DNA of 52,066 bases from a virus (Duplodnaviria; Caudoviricetes): IMG/VR virus record IMGVR_UViG_3300047408_000188, positions 1 to 52,066 of that record; one strand, 5' to 3'. Made by a program: the position numbers and the translations under genes. Below are positions 25,244 through 34,240 of this stretch, one piece after another. Below the pieces are notes generated by a model, which saw only the letters and a program-made list of their open reading frames with translations, was not told the origin of the DNA and did no database searches. The stretch's first letter is position 1. Each line of letters begins with the position of its first letter.

Positions 25244-25777
25244 ATGCGATCTCTTCTGTGCCTCGCCCTCTTGCTTCTACCCGGCCTGGCCCGAGCCGGC
25301 GATTACGACGAGGAAGCACGCCAGGCCCTGCTCGCCGCCATGAAGCAGACCGAGCGTCCTTTGTGCGAACGAGCGGCTGTGACGGAGACGCCGGGCACTA
25401 CCGGCGTTCCCTTTCCGGCAGAGTCCAAGCCCTCCTATCGTGCTCCGGTACGTGACCCCTTTGCCGACGACAATCGTATGGTTGCCCGGCCCCGCTTGGA
25501 CGACGTTAACAGTCCGCTCGTACAGCTCAAGCCAGCCCGTGGCGCGACGGTCCTTCATCCGGCGAGTTCGTCAGCGATGGCGGCTACTGCTTGGTCTGTC
25601 CCCGCTAACATGAGCCATCAGGCGCCGGCCATGATGATGCGCTCGGCACCGATGAGCGCTGGGGCGTGTGGCTCCTCGGGAGCGGGCGCCGGCGGTTGTG
25701 GCTCCGCGTCGGGCGGCGGCAAAGCGATGGGGCGGATGAGGGGCGGCATGGCTCGCACGGCTGGCCGAGGCGGCTGA
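25244..25777 (+). CDS. Exported protein with Gly/Cys/Arg-rich tail
   Basis: Signal peptide MRSLLCLALLLLPGLARA; AAGGAG SD. Confidence 0.65.
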   Translation: MRSLLCLALLLLPGLARAGDYDEEARQALLAAMKQTERPLCERAAVTETPGTTGVPFPAESKPSYRAPVRDPFADDNRMVARPRLDDVNSPLVQLKPARGATVLHPASSSAMAATAWSVPANMSHQAPAMMMRSAPMSAGACGSSGAGAGGCGSASGGGKAMGRMRGGMARTAGRGG

Positions 25778-25812
25778 TAAGGCTCCTCACCAGTCTCCAG
25801 TTGGGGACGATC

Positions 25813-26862
25813 ATGTTTCTGGCACTGCTTCTCTTCGTTGCCGCTGATCTGCGACTTATGGTGTCCGCCAGTGAGGAACAGGCGGCGGCAACGATGCTCC
25901 CCTCGACCAACGACGCAAAGCTCAAGTCGATCCTCGCTCTGCCGTTGACGTTCTACACCGACAAGGAAATTCCCAAGTGCTACCAGCACGCCGGGGGCGT
26001 TCACGACCCGCGCTATAACATCAGCGGGGGCAAGGTCAACGGGAGCGAAACGCTGGGCAACGCCAACCTGGAGTTCCCTTGGTCGAGTCCGGCCGGGATG
26101 CACCGCTGCGACAACGCCCGCAAGTTGCGATTCGTTCACTTCCCCGATCAAATCCAGTGGTGGGTGACGGACGTTAAGAATCTGCCCGTACCGCCGACCA
26201 ATGAGAAGTTCATCGAGTGGTCCTATCCCGAGGGCACCGTCTTCGGAGAGATTCTGGCGATCAAGGACGGCGACACGTCCATCACGTTTGAACTCCGCAC
26301 GTGGTCGAAGGTCAGTGGCAGATGGTCTGCTGCGGCCTACCGTCCATTCCTGACACGTGCGGAGTTCTCTGACTGGCTCAAAGGGGAAGGCTACGACCTC
26401 GGCTCGCCAACGCTCAGCTACCGAGCCTTGCGGAACGAGCATCCCTTCACGATCTTCGACCGGCAGGCGTGGTACGACGAGCTTCCGGCCCTGCCGCGCG
26501 ACGTGGCCCTCAAGGCCCTCCGGCAACCATTCAAGCGGGCCAACGATAAAGCGTGGATCGAGTCGCAGGGCTTCAAGGGCCACGCCCCGACCACCACCGA
26601 GGCCCTGTCCATCGTGCCGCGCTTCTACGACGCAGCCTTGATCCCGGTCAACACGACAAGCTGCATCGCCTGCCACAAGGGCGTCGGGCATCATGCCAGC
26701 GAGTTTCAGGAGCGGCGGCAGTGGTACGGCCGGGTGAGGGGCTCGGACAACATCTTCTCGTTCCACATCTTCGAGCCAAGCTGTATCAGCGGGGACGGGT
26801 TCAACAAGCCGATCGTCTTCCGCCGTGAACTGGCCGGTCTGCTCAAGCGCTGGAGGCAGTAG
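25813..26862 (+). CDS. Putative exported c-type cytochrome (single CxxCH)
   Basis: Hydrophobic N-terminus MFLALLLFVAA; YPEGTVFGEIL; CIACH at ~26662-26676. Confidence 0.6.
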   Translation: MFLALLLFVAADLRLMVSASEEQAAATMLPSTNDAKLKSILALPLTFYTDKEIPKCYQHAGGVHDPRYNISGGKVNGSETLGNANLEFPWSSPAGMHRCDNARKLRFVHFPDQIQWWVTDVKNLPVPPTNEKFIEWSYPEGTVFGEILAIKDGDTSITFELRTWSKVSGRWSAAAYRPFLTRAEFSDWLKGEGYDLGSPTLSYRALRNEHPFTIFDRQAWYDELPALPRDVALKALRQPFKRANDKAWIESQGFKGHAPTTTEALSIVPRFYDAALIPVNTTSCIACHKGVGHHASEFQERRQWYGRVRGSDNIFSFHIFEPSCISGDGFNKPIVFRRELAGLLKRWRQ

Positions 26863-26864
26863 CG

Positions 26865-27131
26865 ATGACGGACAAAGATTTCAACGGGCTGATGCGTCAA
26901 CTGGGGATGCACCAACGCCGCAAGGTGGTTCGGTCCCTGATGACCGGCAACGACGCCCAGTGCTTCACGACTCAGCAGTACGCCGAGGCTTATCACCGAA
27001 TCTGCCATCGGAACCGACCGGAAGGCCGCGAGTGGTGGATTAAGTACCTCACCGAACTCACCCCGATGCACTTGAAGTCGGTCGGCATGGTCGAAGTAAG
27101 TCCGAACGTATGGGGGCCAGATGCGCCTTGA
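26865..27131 (+). CDS. Hypothetical protein
   Basis: GGAGG SD. Confidence 0.6.
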   Translation: MTDKDFNGLMRQLGMHQRRKVVRSLMTGNDAQCFTTQQYAEAYHRICHRNRPEGREWWIKYLTELTPMHLKSVGMVEVSPNVWGPDAP

Positions 27132-27513
27132 TGTGTTCCATAGCATCAGTGCGGGCGGCTGGTCCACCATCGCGCTCTGCATGGCTTTCTGGTTCGCCGG
27201 ATGGATCGTGAACGAAATGAGCAAGCGCACCCCGAAGAAGAAAACTGGTACAATGCCCTGCACAGGAGTCGTCGTTGTGGACAAACTAACGCTATCGAGT
27301 CAATCGCCCACTTTGCTGCTCGATGTCCTTGAACTCTTGCAAGGGCTTGGCTTTCAACTTCTGAGCGTCACCTACAAGCACGGCCCGCCTCTGGTGTTCT
27401 CGGCCGAAGTAAGCGGCAAGGTGGGCATGACGGAAGACGACGTGAAGGCTGTGGTTGAAAAGCTGAACAAGCAAGCCGCTCGCCTGGCGGGAATCAGTAA
27501 ACAACCTGAGTAG
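27121..27513 (+). CDS. Single-TM membrane protein
   Basis: WSTIALCMAFWFAGWIV followed by a basic stop-transfer. Confidence 0.6.
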   Translation: MRLDVFHSISAGGWSTIALCMAFWFAGWIVNEMSKRTPKKKTGTMPCTGVVVVDKLTLSSQSPTLLLDVLELLQGLGFQLLSVTYKHGPPLVFSAEVSGKVGMTEDDVKAVVEKLNKQAARLAGISKQPE

Positions 27514-27542
27514 ACCGTTTCTCTCTTGAAAGGATGTGACGC

Positions 27543-27788
27543 ATGGCAGTTCCTCAAGCTTTGACTGACGCCTTGGCCAAGGTGGACACGGAGACGAACA
27601 ACCTCGCCGCCGTGGTGACGGACCTACGCAGCAAGATCGGCGTGGGCATGACGCAGACCGACGTGGACGCCGTGGACGCAACGCTCGATGCGATTTCGAC
27701 GCGGCTTAGCGGCATCGCCGCCGATCCGACCAACCCGATCCCCGCTGGACCGGGACCGCAAATGTCGAAGGCCAAGAAGAAGCCATAG
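27543..27788 (+). CDS. Small coiled-coil protein
   Basis: Heptad pattern; AAAGGA SD. Confidence 0.7.
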   Translation: MAVPQALTDALAKVDTETNNLAAVVTDLRSKIGVGMTQTDVDAVDATLDAISTRLSGIAADPTNPIPAGPGPQMSKAKKKP

Positions 27789-27828
27789 TGCAGCGTCGTG
27801 CGACCTCCGTATCCGCATGACGAGGGGC

Positions 27829-27872
27829 ACCCAAGCGTTGTCGAGTAACGCCGGCAGCGCTTGGGTTTTTTT
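27829..27872 (+). terminator. Intrinsic terminator
   Basis: ACCCAAGCGTTGTCG/CGGCAGCGCTTGGGT stem followed by a T-run. Confidence 0.85.
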
Positions 27873-27885
27873 CAGGGAGTGAGCC

Positions 27886-28275
27886 GTGGCCAACGAAGTG
27901 ACGATCAGTGCAACGCTGGACTACGAAGACGCAGAAGGAACTGAGGATTCTCTACAAGTTCTGCTGCGGACGCTCACTTCGACCGGCAAGCAGATCATGC
28001 ACCACAAGCAAGTCATCGGCATCACCGAGGAAGCCATCGTCCTCGGGGAAGTCACGTCGATAGGCATGGCGCTCTTCGTCAACCGCGACGTGACAAACTT
28101 CGTGGAATTACGGGTCTCAACCGGCGGGGCCAAGTTCGCCAAACTCCATCCCGACACCAACGGGGACGGCAAGGGCGGCATCGCTTTGCTGTACATGGGC
28201 AGTGGTGCTCAGGTGCCGTTTGCGATCTCGGACACCGCAGCTTGCAAGATCGAATACTTCCTCGTCATGCAGTAG
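27886..28275 (+). CDS. Putative virion structural protein (beta-rich)
   Basis: GTG start with GGGAG SD; composition. Confidence 0.6.
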   Translation: MANEVTISATLDYEDAEGTEDSLQVLLRTLTSTGKQIMHHKQVIGITEEAIVLGEVTSIGMALFVNRDVTNFVELRVSTGGAKFAKLHPDTNGDGKGGIALLYMGSGAQVPFAISDTAACKIEYFLVMQ

Positions 28276-28281
28276 AAGACA

Positions 28282-28506
28282 ATGGACCTGTGCGACGTTG
28301 GCCGAAACATTCCTGCACGTCGGCCTGGCTGCGGAACAGGCGAGACTTGTCCGTCACCGGCCATCCATTTAATCGTCTCGCCGATCAGCACAATCAAACT
28401 CTGCGACGATCATTTTCAGGTGGCATTGTCCTTGGGGCTGGTCAAGGAGCCGAACATCGGCCAAGAAGAATACGACCGGCGCGAACGAATGCAGTTCAAA
28501 GGCTAG
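28282..28506 (+). CDS. Hypothetical Cys-containing protein
   Basis: Packed ORF. Confidence 0.45.
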   Translation: MDLCDVGRNIPARRPGCGTGETCPSPAIHLIVSPISTIKLCDDHFQVALSLGLVKEPNIGQEEYDRRERMQFKG

Positions 28507-28539
28507 AGCCTAATCGCCACTTAACTTCGCAATAGCCCC

Positions 28540-28569
28540 TTGCAATATGTCTACCGCTCTCCGTAAGAT
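28540..28569 (+). promoter_or_regulatory. Promoter for the scaffold/capsid unit
   Basis: TTGCAA-18 nt-TAAGAT. Confidence 0.55.
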
Positions 28570-28577
28570 AGGCGCGC

Positions 28578-28595
28578 TTCCCGTGGAGCCGGGAA
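28578..28595 (+). promoter_or_regulatory. TTCCCG-TGGAGC-CGGGAA hairpin, copy 2 (scaffold leader)
   Basis: Identical to 19889-19906; extended by GGCGC/GCGCC up to the GTG start. Confidence 0.8.
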
Positions 28596-28607
28596 AGTTT
28601 AAGCGCC

Positions 28608-29549
28608 GTGGCCGAACAACCCGATCCTGCACAAAGTCTACTCGAAGCCTACGATATTGAGCCGGAAGGTCCGTCCGTGGCGGGCGCTCCCGAGGGCGAG
28701 GCGGAAAGTGGCACCCCGCCTCGCCCTACCCCGCCGAAAGACCCGGAGACCGGCCGCTTCGTCAAAGCCGTCGAAAGCGGCGAAGAATTTCCCGAGCGAC
28801 CCGCCCCCAAGAAGGGCATCGTCCGCTTGGCCAAGCGCCTCGGCCTCAGCGAAGAAGACATCTCGACCGCCGACAATCTTGAAGAACTGGTCGCACACCT
28901 GACGGAACAGCGGCTGGCGACCGATCACCTGAGCGACCTGGGACGCCAGCCGGCGAGTCAAAGCGGAGAGCCTGGGACATCCGCTGAGACAATCACCTCG
29001 CCGGCTGACGACCTGGGCCTCGGTGAAGATCAATTCGATGAAGCACTTGTCGGTGCCTTCAAGAAACTTCAGACGCGGATTCAACAGCTCGAAGCCCGGC
29101 AGACCCGCGCCGAAGGCTTCATGGCGCAGACACAGGCCATCAAGGCGCACCAGCAAATCGACATCGCCTTCGAGAAGCATGAGGGCCTCTTCGGCAAGGG
29201 CGCCGGTTCCGAGATGGACAAGGACTCTCCCGAGTTCAAGCGGCGTGTGGCCGTCCTGCGTGAAGCCGAGAGTTACGACAAGCGCCTCCCCATCGCCCAG
29301 CGCATCAACAAGGCCGTGAAGACTCTGTATCCCTCCCAGCCGGCCGAAGCCGAGCCCGCCGAACCCAAGCAGCAGCGCAATGGCATCCCCTGGCAAGAGG
29401 CGGGCCTGGCCGTCCCCACCAGTCGCGCGGCGTCTCCCGAGAAGCCCAGCGTGCGCAAAGCTGAGCGGAGCGTAGCAGCGTGGAAGCAAGCCAACTCGCA
29501 GCAGCACGGCGCGACGCAAGATGAGGCGGACGAAGACTTCCTTCCGTGA
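28608..29549 (+). CDS. Capsid scaffolding protein
   Basis: Acidic, disordered and coiled-coil; KDPETGRFVK motif; directly before the capsid gene. Confidence 0.75.
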   Translation: MAEQPDPAQSLLEAYDIEPEGPSVAGAPEGEAESGTPPRPTPPKDPETGRFVKAVESGEEFPERPAPKKGIVRLAKRLGLSEEDISTADNLEELVAHLTEQRLATDHLSDLGRQPASQSGEPGTSAETITSPADDLGLGEDQFDEALVGAFKKLQTRIQQLEARQTRAEGFMAQTQAIKAHQQIDIAFEKHEGLFGKGAGSEMDKDSPEFKRRVAVLREAESYDKRLPIAQRINKAVKTLYPSQPAEAEPAEPKQQRNGIPWQEAGLAVPTSRAASPEKPSVRKAERSVAAWKQANSQQHGATQDEADEDFLP

Positions 29550-29574
29550 TCCCTGGAGCTTGAAGGATTAAGCG

Positions 29575-30627
29575 ATGGCAACTCCGAACGTCCTGACCGC
29601 CCCACAACTGGGCGATCTGGTGCAGACGACGCTCAAGGACTTGGGCCGTCCCAAGTTCACGGAGATCGCCTCGTCGCTCCAGCGACACACGGCGATGTCG
29701 AACCTGCTGCGGAAGAACCGCGTGCAGCTCGACTCCGGTACTGCGGTCCAGTGGGACGTGAAGGTGCTGCTGTCCCACAGTGCCGCCAACGTCGGCCTGG
29801 GCGCCAGTGACAACGTGTCCATCGAAGACACGATGACGCAAGCCTCGGCCGACTGGCGGAACTCGACGGCCAGCTACGCGATCATCGGCCAAGAGATCGA
29901 CATGAACGACAACCCCTCGCGGATTGTCGATCTCATCAAGTCCAGGCGCATCGACGCCCTGATTGCGATGGCCGAACTGATGGAGGCCAACTGGTGGGGG
30001 CCCCCGGTCGCGCTGACCGACAACCTCACCCCTTGGGGCGTGAATACCTGGGTTGTGAAGTCCACCACACAGGGCTTCAACGGCACGGTGCCCTCGGGCT
30101 ACACGACAATAGGCTTAAATCCCACGACGTACCCGAATTGGGCCAATTGGACCGATGGCTACACAGCGGTCGCGCGGGACGATCTGGTGCGGAAGTTGAG
30201 GAAGGCGGCGACGTTCACCGACTTCCAGCCGCCGGTCGATGGCATCCCAACCTTCAACACGGGAGACGACTACCAGTTTTACTCGAACTATCAGGTGATC
30301 GGCCCGCTCGAAGAGATTCTGGAAAGCCAGAACGACAACCTCGGCAACGACATCGCCAAGTACGACGGGAACGTGCATTTCCGCCGGGCACCGATCATGT
30401 GGGTTCCCAAGCTGGAGGCGGACACGACCGGGCCGGTCTATGGGCTCAACATGGGTTGGTTCAAGACTTACATCCTCAAGAACTGGTGGCTGCGTGAGAC
30501 GCATGTGCCGATCTATCCGGGGTCGCACACAATGTCGGCGCACTTCGTTGACTGCACATACCAGCCGATAACCAAGAACAGGCGCTGCCATTTTGTCCTC
30601 TGTACGGCTGCAACATACCCGAGTTAG
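29575..30627 (+). CDS. Major capsid protein (HK97-fold, inferred)
   Basis: 350 aa, position, strongly biased codons and capsid-like sequence. Confidence 0.85.
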   Translation: MATPNVLTAPQLGDLVQTTLKDLGRPKFTEIASSLQRHTAMSNLLRKNRVQLDSGTAVQWDVKVLLSHSAANVGLGASDNVSIEDTMTQASADWRNSTASYAIIGQEIDMNDNPSRIVDLIKSRRIDALIAMAELMEANWWGPPVALTDNLTPWGVNTWVVKSTTQGFNGTVPSGYTTIGLNPTTYPNWANWTDGYTAVARDDLVRKLRKAATFTDFQPPVDGIPTFNTGDDYQFYSNYQVIGPLEEILESQNDNLGNDIAKYDGNVHFRRAPIMWVPKLEADTTGPVYGLNMGWFKTYILKNWWLRETHVPIYPGSHTMSAHFVDCTYQPITKNRRCHFVLCTAATYPS

Positions 30628-30638
30628 TTGGAGCAAGC

Positions 30639-31049
30639 ATGGACCCGCGTACCTTCGGCAACCCGACTGGCGACTACCTCCAGAAGCAGGAGAAGTTGTC
30701 TCCGCTCATGAAGGCGAAGCAGAAGTCGGCAGTAGGGATCAAGGTGAACGCCTGCCCGTTCGGTTGTGAGAACGACGACCTGGACGACAACGGCTACTGC
30801 CGGCATCTGGTCGGCTTCACGGTGCCGGGCGACAAGAACACCATGTACCCGCGCAAGCCGATCATGGTCCAGACGAGCATCGCAGTCATCAACGGCAAGC
30901 GCGTATCCAAGAGTGCCGAGGACAGCGAATACATCGGCGTCCGCAACAAGCCGGAGCCGGTCCTGAAAACCGACCGATTGGTGCTCATCACGGTCTGTCA
31001 CCGGGTTTACCGGGACGTGGACGCCGTAAAGACCGCCAAGGCGGGTTAA
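30639..31049 (+). CDS. Hypothetical protein
   Basis: GGAG SD; CPFGC...CRH. Confidence 0.65.
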   Translation: MDPRTFGNPTGDYLQKQEKLSPLMKAKQKSAVGIKVNACPFGCENDDLDDNGYCRHLVGFTVPGDKNTMYPRKPIMVQTSIAVINGKRVSKSAEDSEYIGVRNKPEPVLKTDRLVLITVCHRVYRDVDAVKTAKAG

Positions 31050-31059
31050 GGAGTGAGAC

Positions 31060-32013
31060 ATGGCCGTCAATCAGATTGACTATTCTCCGAACATCGCTGG
31101 CGAAGGCACGACTCCCTTCCGCGGACCTTCCAAGGTCATCTGGAAGGACTGCCCCGTGCTGGAGATTCTGGAAGACCCGTCGAAGGGCATGTACTTCTTC
31201 GATGACTTCATCATGGTCGGCTCGGCGATCACAACGTCGGCCTACAAGAACTCGATCGGCCAGTGGGCCACGTACACGGACGCCACGGCCGGCGGTTCGC
31301 AATCGGACGGCGCCAAGGAAGGCGGCGTGCTCGTCATCGGGGCGGACGGGGACAACGAAGAAGTCACGATGTTTTCCCAGACGGGCGCTTTCCGGCTGGT
31401 GACGACTACGACCCTGGCGCTCAACCGTAAGCTGTGGTTTGAATGCCGCATTGCCCGCTCCACCGTGACAGCGACCAAGGGCGACATCTTCGTGGGCCTG
31501 GCGCTGCCGGCCCTGACCTCGAACATCCCCGCGTCGGCCCAGATCATCAGCGCGACCGACAACACGCTCAACACGACATCACTGCTCGGCTTCCACTTGA
31601 AGGGCAACGGCCCCACGGAAGCCAACTTTGCCTTCTGCCTGTCGGGCGGCACGGTGAACTACCCCACCGGCATGACAACGCTGATGAACTCCTGCACGGC
31701 CGCCGTGAACACTGCGGCGGCGTTCCACAAGTTCGGCTTCCTCTTCGACCCGGACGGGCTGCCCTCGATTATCAGTTCAGCGACCGCCCGGCAGACGGCG
31801 GGCAACGTGCGCAAGAAGCTCATCCGCGTGTTCGTGGACGGGCTGGAGTGTGCGACGTTCCTGTCGAGCGATGACGTGGCCAACGCGACGGCGACCCAGG
31901 CGTTCCCGACGAGCTTCATGTCGCCGACGATCTCGATCATGAACCAGACCGGCTCGACGCCGGACACGTTGTCGATCGACTGGATTCGTGTGTGTCAGCT
32001 CGCGAACACGTAG
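31060..32013 (+). CDS. Minor capsid/decoration protein (beta-sandwich)
   Basis: YFFDDF...LSIDWIRVCQ pattern; Thr/Ala/Gly-rich. Confidence 0.65.
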   Translation: MAVNQIDYSPNIAGEGTTPFRGPSKVIWKDCPVLEILEDPSKGMYFFDDFIMVGSAITTSAYKNSIGQWATYTDATAGGSQSDGAKEGGVLVIGADGDNEEVTMFSQTGAFRLVTTTTLALNRKLWFECRIARSTVTATKGDIFVGLALPALTSNIPASAQIISATDNTLNTTSLLGFHLKGNGPTEANFAFCLSGGTVNYPTGMTTLMNSCTAAVNTAAAFHKFGFLFDPDGLPSIISSATARQTAGNVRKKLIRVFVDGLECATFLSSDDVANATATQAFPTSFMSPTISIMNQTGSTPDTLSIDWIRVCQLANT

Positions 32014-32022
32014 GAGTGAGTC

Positions 32023-32454
32023 ATGTCGTACAAGACCGTGCTGGGACCGACGCTCTATCAGGCGCAGCCGACGAAGGACGTGCCGTCGCCGGTGTTGCAG
32101 GCGGCCCTCGTGGTGAAGGTCGATCCGATCACGCTGCTGGTCTTCGATGACAAGGGCGCCTTGGAACTGCGCGAAGGCTGCGTGCTGAACGCTACCGATC
32201 CAGTGCGCTACACCTGGACCGAACCGGAGAAGCCGGCGAAGGCCGAGAAGACCGAACCGACCGACAAGCCGAAGAAGGTCGGGAAGCCGGACCAGGATGA
32301 GCCGGACGAGGAGAAGGAGCCGGAGGGAGACTTGCATGAGTACACCGTCGCCGAGCTTCATGATCTGGCAAACGCAGAGGAGATCAACCTGCACGGTGCG
32401 TCCACCAAGGATGAGATCGTGAAGGCGATCAAGAAGGCACGCAAGGCCAAGTGA
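32023..32454 (+). CDS. Protein with C-terminal Rho-N/HeH-LEM-like helix-extended-helix
   Basis: YTVAELHDLA...INLHGASTKDEIVKAI. Confidence 0.7.
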   Translation: MSYKTVLGPTLYQAQPTKDVPSPVLQAALVVKVDPITLLVFDDKGALELREGCVLNATDPVRYTWTEPEKPAKAEKTEPTDKPKKVGKPDQDEPDEEKEPEGDLHEYTVAELHDLANAEEINLHGASTKDEIVKAIKKARKAK

Positions 32455-32514
32455 AGACCCCGGCAATAAGCCGCTGTACGGGCCACGGACGGCCCCCTGT
32501 TAGGGGGCTGCCTC

Positions 32515-32670
32515 ATGCCAGCCAAGATGGAAAAGGCCCTGAAACGAGAAGCCAGGAAGCGCGGCTACTCGGGTAAGCGAGCCGGAGCCTTTGTGTACGG
32601 CACCATGCGGAAGACCGGCTGGGTGCCCTCAACTCAGAAGCGAAAGAAGAAAGGAAGGACCAAGCGATGA
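32515..32670 (+). CDS. 51-aa very basic protein (not in the ORF track)
   Basis: MPAKMEKALKREARKRGYSGKRAGAFVYGTMRKTGWVPSTQKRKKKGRTKR. Confidence 0.7.
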   Translation: MPAKMEKALKREARKRGYSGKRAGAFVYGTMRKTGWVPSTQKRKKKGRTKR

Positions 32671-32846
32671 AGAAGGGTATCCGCCGCCACGCCAAGAACG
32701 TCACCAAGGGCGGCAAAGACAAGATGAAGAAGTCCAAGGTCATCAACCAGAGCTACTCGGTCGGCATGGGCTTGGGCTCGGGGTACGGCGCGCCTTCGAC
32801 TTACAAGGGCGGCATCCCCAAGGGCAACACCTGCAAGAGTGACTGA
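32667..32846 (+). CDS. 59-aa Lys/Gly-rich basic protein (not in the ORF track)
   Basis: ATGA and TGATG coupling on both sides. Confidence 0.65.
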   Translation: MKKGIRRHAKNVTKGGKDKMKKSKVINQSYSVGMGLGSGYGAPSTYKGGIPKGNTCKSD

Positions 32847-33637
32847 TGGAATCGACGCTGGGCGTACAACTTGAAGACCTCCAGAAAGCCGTGGGCTTCT
32901 TCCTCGGCTATGGGACAAACTCTGCCAAGTGGAACGCCAAGCAGACCGAGGGCATCGCCGAGTCGGTCAAGAGTGGTGTGCGGCAGTTCTACTACCCACC
33001 GAAGCTCGAAGGGGACCAGACCGCTTACGATTGGTCGTTCCTCAAGCCCGTCTCCGTCATGACGCTGGCCGTGGGCGAGAAACTCCAGAGACTGCCCGAC
33101 GATTACGGCGGGCTGGAGGGCCAGGTCACGCTCTCCTCCGATGCCGAAATTAACTGGTGGCCGCTCAACGTCTGCGGCGTGGCCTCGGTCTATGCCAAGG
33201 AATCGGTCTCGCCTACGACGACGGGGCGTCCCTGCATGGTCTGCGTGGAGCCGCTCAAGGACACGACTTCTCGGCGGGGCCAGAGGTTCCAGTTGCACTT
33301 CTGGCCGACGACGGACACCGAGTACACGGTGAAGTTTCAGTATTACTTGAACCCCGACGCCCTCGACGGCACACGGCCCTTCTGCTACGGCGGCGCCCAG
33401 CACGCGGAGACCATACAAGCAAGCTGCATCGCTGCGGCCGAGTTGTACCGCGATGACGCCAGGCGGGAACGCTGGCAATACTTCATGGAGCGGCTGGCGG
33501 CCTCGGTGCATATCGACCGCCGCAACAAGCCGCAGAACCTCGGCTACAACCGGGATCAGTCCGACATGCGGAACCGGTGGGACGGCCGGCGCTGGATCGA
33601 CGGGCAATCCATCACCGTGAACGGAGTCACGTACTGA
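32846..33637 (+). CDS. Head-tail adaptor protein
   Basis: LPDDY...TGRP...FWPTTDTEYTVKFQY pattern typical of podophage adaptors. Confidence 0.75.
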   Translation: MESTLGVQLEDLQKAVGFFLGYGTNSAKWNAKQTEGIAESVKSGVRQFYYPPKLEGDQTAYDWSFLKPVSVMTLAVGEKLQRLPDDYGGLEGQVTLSSDAEINWWPLNVCGVASVYAKESVSPTTTGRPCMVCVEPLKDTTSRRGQRFQLHFWPTTDTEYTVKFQYYLNPDALDGTRPFCYGGAQHAETIQASCIAAAELYRDDARRERWQYFMERLAASVHIDRRNKPQNLGYNRDQSDMRNRWDGRRWIDGQSITVNGVTY

Positions 33638-34230
33638 TGAGCCAGCAAGTCAGCTTGGTCGCTGAAAGCCATCCGCTCAAGAAGGCTCTGCTCCAGAACG
33701 CGCAGGACGAGGTTCCCTTCCGCTACAAGCGGGTGCAGCAGCGGACCCCTGATAGTGCCATCGACCCGATTACGCTGGCTCCGGCAACGACGGGAGTCCA
33801 CACGGGCGGGCAGGGCGGGCTGGTGGCCCCTTACCGCGTGTTCCTCATGCCCTACTGCGAGGGACCGCCGGGCTCGCTGTTCTGGACGCGGCTTTGGGGC
33901 TGGCGGCCGACCGTGGACACCAACCCGTCCAACGCCCTTTGGATTCCGGTACTACTCTGCCAGCTCGCCTGTGTGAGCGGCATGTTTCCGGGGCCGAGGG
34001 GCGATGACGTCGGCCCGCCTGGAAACCTGTACCTGACGGACATGGAGAACCTGTGCAGCCAGCTCTGGGTAGTCACAGGGAGCCTCGGCAGCGGTGAGAT
34101 GCTGGGCGGTGGTTACAGCGCGGCGGCGGCCCTGTGCGACCTGCGCGGCTGCCGGTTGTTTGAACTGGAATTCCAGCGGCGGACTGGGGACACGATCACG
34201 ATGAACTGCTTGTACGCAAGAGCATCGTAA
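33637..34230 (+). CDS. Putative virion protein
   Basis: TGATG coupling. Confidence 0.6.
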   Translation: MSQQVSLVAESHPLKKALLQNAQDEVPFRYKRVQQRTPDSAIDPITLAPATTGVHTGGQGGLVAPYRVFLMPYCEGPPGSLFWTRLWGWRPTVDTNPSNALWIPVLLCQLACVSGMFPGPRGDDVGPPGNLYLTDMENLCSQLWVVTGSLGSGEMLGGGYSAAAALCDLRGCRLFELEFQRRTGDTITMNCLYARAS

Positions 34231-34240
34231 GGAGACGGAC

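Noticed and set aside
29575-31049. Stop-codon reassignment or capsid readthrough/frameshift
   Set aside because: All three stops end genes cleanly, in-frame readthrough of the capsid TAG meets another stop soon, and no slippery site or suppressor tRNA was seen.
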